Positions 62,513-64,000 of a stretch of DNA of 64,000 nucleotides are shown piece after piece; the first letter of the stretch is position 1, and every line of letters starts with the position of its first letter. The DNA is from an uncultured Nitrospinota bacterium. GTDB lineage: Bacteria > Tectomicrobia > Entotheonellia > J063 > CAVPRW01. The notes beneath the pieces were generated by a model, which was given only the letters and a program-made list of their open reading frames with translations, had not been told where the DNA came from and did not search any database. A program made the position numbers and the translations under genes. The stretch spans positions 32,001 through 96,000 of the forward strand of contig CAVPRW010000039.1 in assembly GCA_963707985.1 (NCBI GenBank), given 5' to 3'.

Positions 62513-64000
62513 TCAGTCATCCAGGGCTGGATGGTCTGATATGACGGAGTCGGCCGTTGCCATATAGGTGCGGACTCGGTTTGACATCGAGGAGACGCCC
62601 GTTTCCTGGTAGGTCCTCAAGGTGGCCTTTTGGCCACCGGCGGCAGACCCCAGAATGGCCAAAAGGCTCGGCAGCGTTGTCAGCGACGCGATGAGGACAC
62701 CCCCCACCCCCAAAGCCACCAGTAGGCCCAGGCTGTAAATCCCTCGATGGCCGGAGATCATCAAACTGCCGAAGCCAACGATAGTTGTCAGCGCTGCCAG
62801 GATGATGGCCTTGGCTGTACTTCTGGCCAGTGGAACGCTCTCTCCTTCATACTTCCCAGTGGTTCGATAACTATGCACGATATGCACCCCATTGTCGATA
62901 CCGATCCCAATGATCAAGGGTAAGAAGAGCAGGTTGGCCATATTGAACTGGACCCCAAATAGGACCATCATGCCCAAGGTCCATACCGATCCCACCAACA
63001 GCGGCACCAAGGCCAGGATGGTGGACAACGCCCCACGAAACATCAGAAAGGTCAGAAAGACAATGCCACTCATGGCGTACACACTGGCCTTGCTGTACCC
63101 TGCCTTGATGGTCTCCATGTACTCAAAATTGGTCACAGGGGCACCAATGGCATCAATATCGACTGCTTGTAAATCACGCACAAATCTGGCTAACGGCAGC
63201 GGCTCCCAGACGTTTTCATTGGGCAACACAAAAAGGCGGAATTTCCCGGTCTGGCCAACGTAGCGAGCCTGGAGCTCGGGTGGAAGGTCTGCAATAGTCA
63301 CCGGCTTAGCCTGCAAGTTGTTCTGCAGGATCGCTAGCTGGTCTACGAGGTCATGGCGCAATTCCTGCTGGAACGCTGATAGCGTCGATTGGGCATCGGC
63401 CGGCGGCATCGCCTGCGTGCGCTGCAAGAATCGCTCGATGAGCCCTTGGACCTCGCGGAGGTGCTGTTGCAGCTCCTCCGCGACTGCTGTTTGAGGTGCT
63501 TCGTCACTCACCGTGATCTTGGCGTTCAGGCGTCCCAATGTGTTCTGTAGAGCGGCAAGATCAACAGTCTCGGGATTGAGGTCCTGAATAGTGGTCTCGG
63601 CAAGCAGTGGGCGCAGCTCTCGGATCAGGGCCAGCTTGCGTTCCTGTTCCGGGGGAAGCACGGCAAGGATGCTATCCACTTTTTCCACCGAAGGCAAGCG
63701 ACTAAGCGCTGTGACCTTGCGCTCGGCGTCCTCGATCGAGTCCGCCATGATCTCGCCCATGAGAACCGACCGCCGCGTACTCGCGAAAATCCGTTCCGCC
63801 CAAACGACCGATTCATTGCGCTCCGACTGTAGGCGCAGCAGGTTGAAGTCGGTGCCGATCTTCCCTAAGGCCAGGAGCGATAGGATGACCAGGAAAGCGC
63901 TCGCCGCCAGGGTTGCCCAAGGATACCTGTATAATCGCTCCAGATAGCCTGCTTGTTCCTCAGCCAAGGGGGTTACATGGACCTGTGCCCTCGGCCCTCT
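62513..64000 (-). CDS. MMPL/RND hopanoid transporter (HpnN-like), 5' end outside window
   Basis: DFNLL.LQ...ESV, DLPPEL..RYV, FNMAN...LPL.IGIGIDNGVH, TTIVGFGSL. Confidence 0.82.
   Translation of the reverse strand, partial: RGPRAQVHVTPLAEEQAGYLERLYRYPWATLAASAFLVILSLLALGKIGTDFNLLRLQSERNESVVWAERIFASTRRSVLMGEIMADSIEDAERKVTALSRLPSVEKVDSILAVLPPEQERKLALIRELRPLLAETTIQDLNPETVDLAALQNTLGRLNAKITVSDEAPQTAVAEELQQHLREVQGLIERFLQRTQAMPPADAQSTLSAFQQELRHDLVDQLAILQNNLQAKPVTIADLPPELQARYVGQTGKFRLFVLPNENVWEPLPLARFVRDLQAVDIDAIGAPVTNFEYMETIKAGYSKASVYAMSGIVFLTFLMFRGALSTILALVPLLVGSVWTLGMMVLFGVQFNMANLLFLPLIIGIGIDNGVHIVHSYRTTGKYEGESVPLARSTAKAIILAALTTIVGFGSLMISGHRGIYSLGLLVALGVGGVLIASLTTLPSLLAILGSAAGGQKATLRTYQETGVSSMSNRVRTYMATADSVISDHPALDD

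Noticed and set aside
1..64000. CRISPR array, rRNA, tRNA, intact reverse transcriptase or prophage
   Set aside because: No regularly spaced repeats, RNA gene signatures, RT core (YADD) or phage structural genes were seen by eye.

Overview
GC-rich (by eye roughly 60%) bacterial chromosome segment. The gene repertoire resembles Candidatus Tectomicrobia/Entotheonella-like soil or sponge bacteria (inference only): AAA-TPR cyclase-family protein, amidohydrolase, LLM monooxygenases, Mo-hydroxylase, ABC_sub_bind protein, GAF histidine kinase with adenylate cyclase, TonB/Btu uptake genes and hopanoid transport genes. The left half is catabolic and signalling genes, several broken by internal deletions. 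26.6-32.4 kb is a graveyard of mobile-element remnants (IS6, IS1, serine recombinase, PIN toxin-antitoxin, group II intron 3' end, attC-like sites). The most striking structure is at 53.4-59.1 kb, where a cobalamin riboswitch has been hit at the TATA of both arms of its P1 stem. On one side is a 1.69-kb IS5-like element whose other end truncates btuB. On the other side is a 3.85-kb TATA-flanked transposon with perfect 21-bp terminal inverted repeats, made of an IS5-like element plus a secreted GH50/agarase-like cargo gene. No rRNA, tRNA or CRISPR array was seen. All family assignments come from recalled motifs; no database searches were run.
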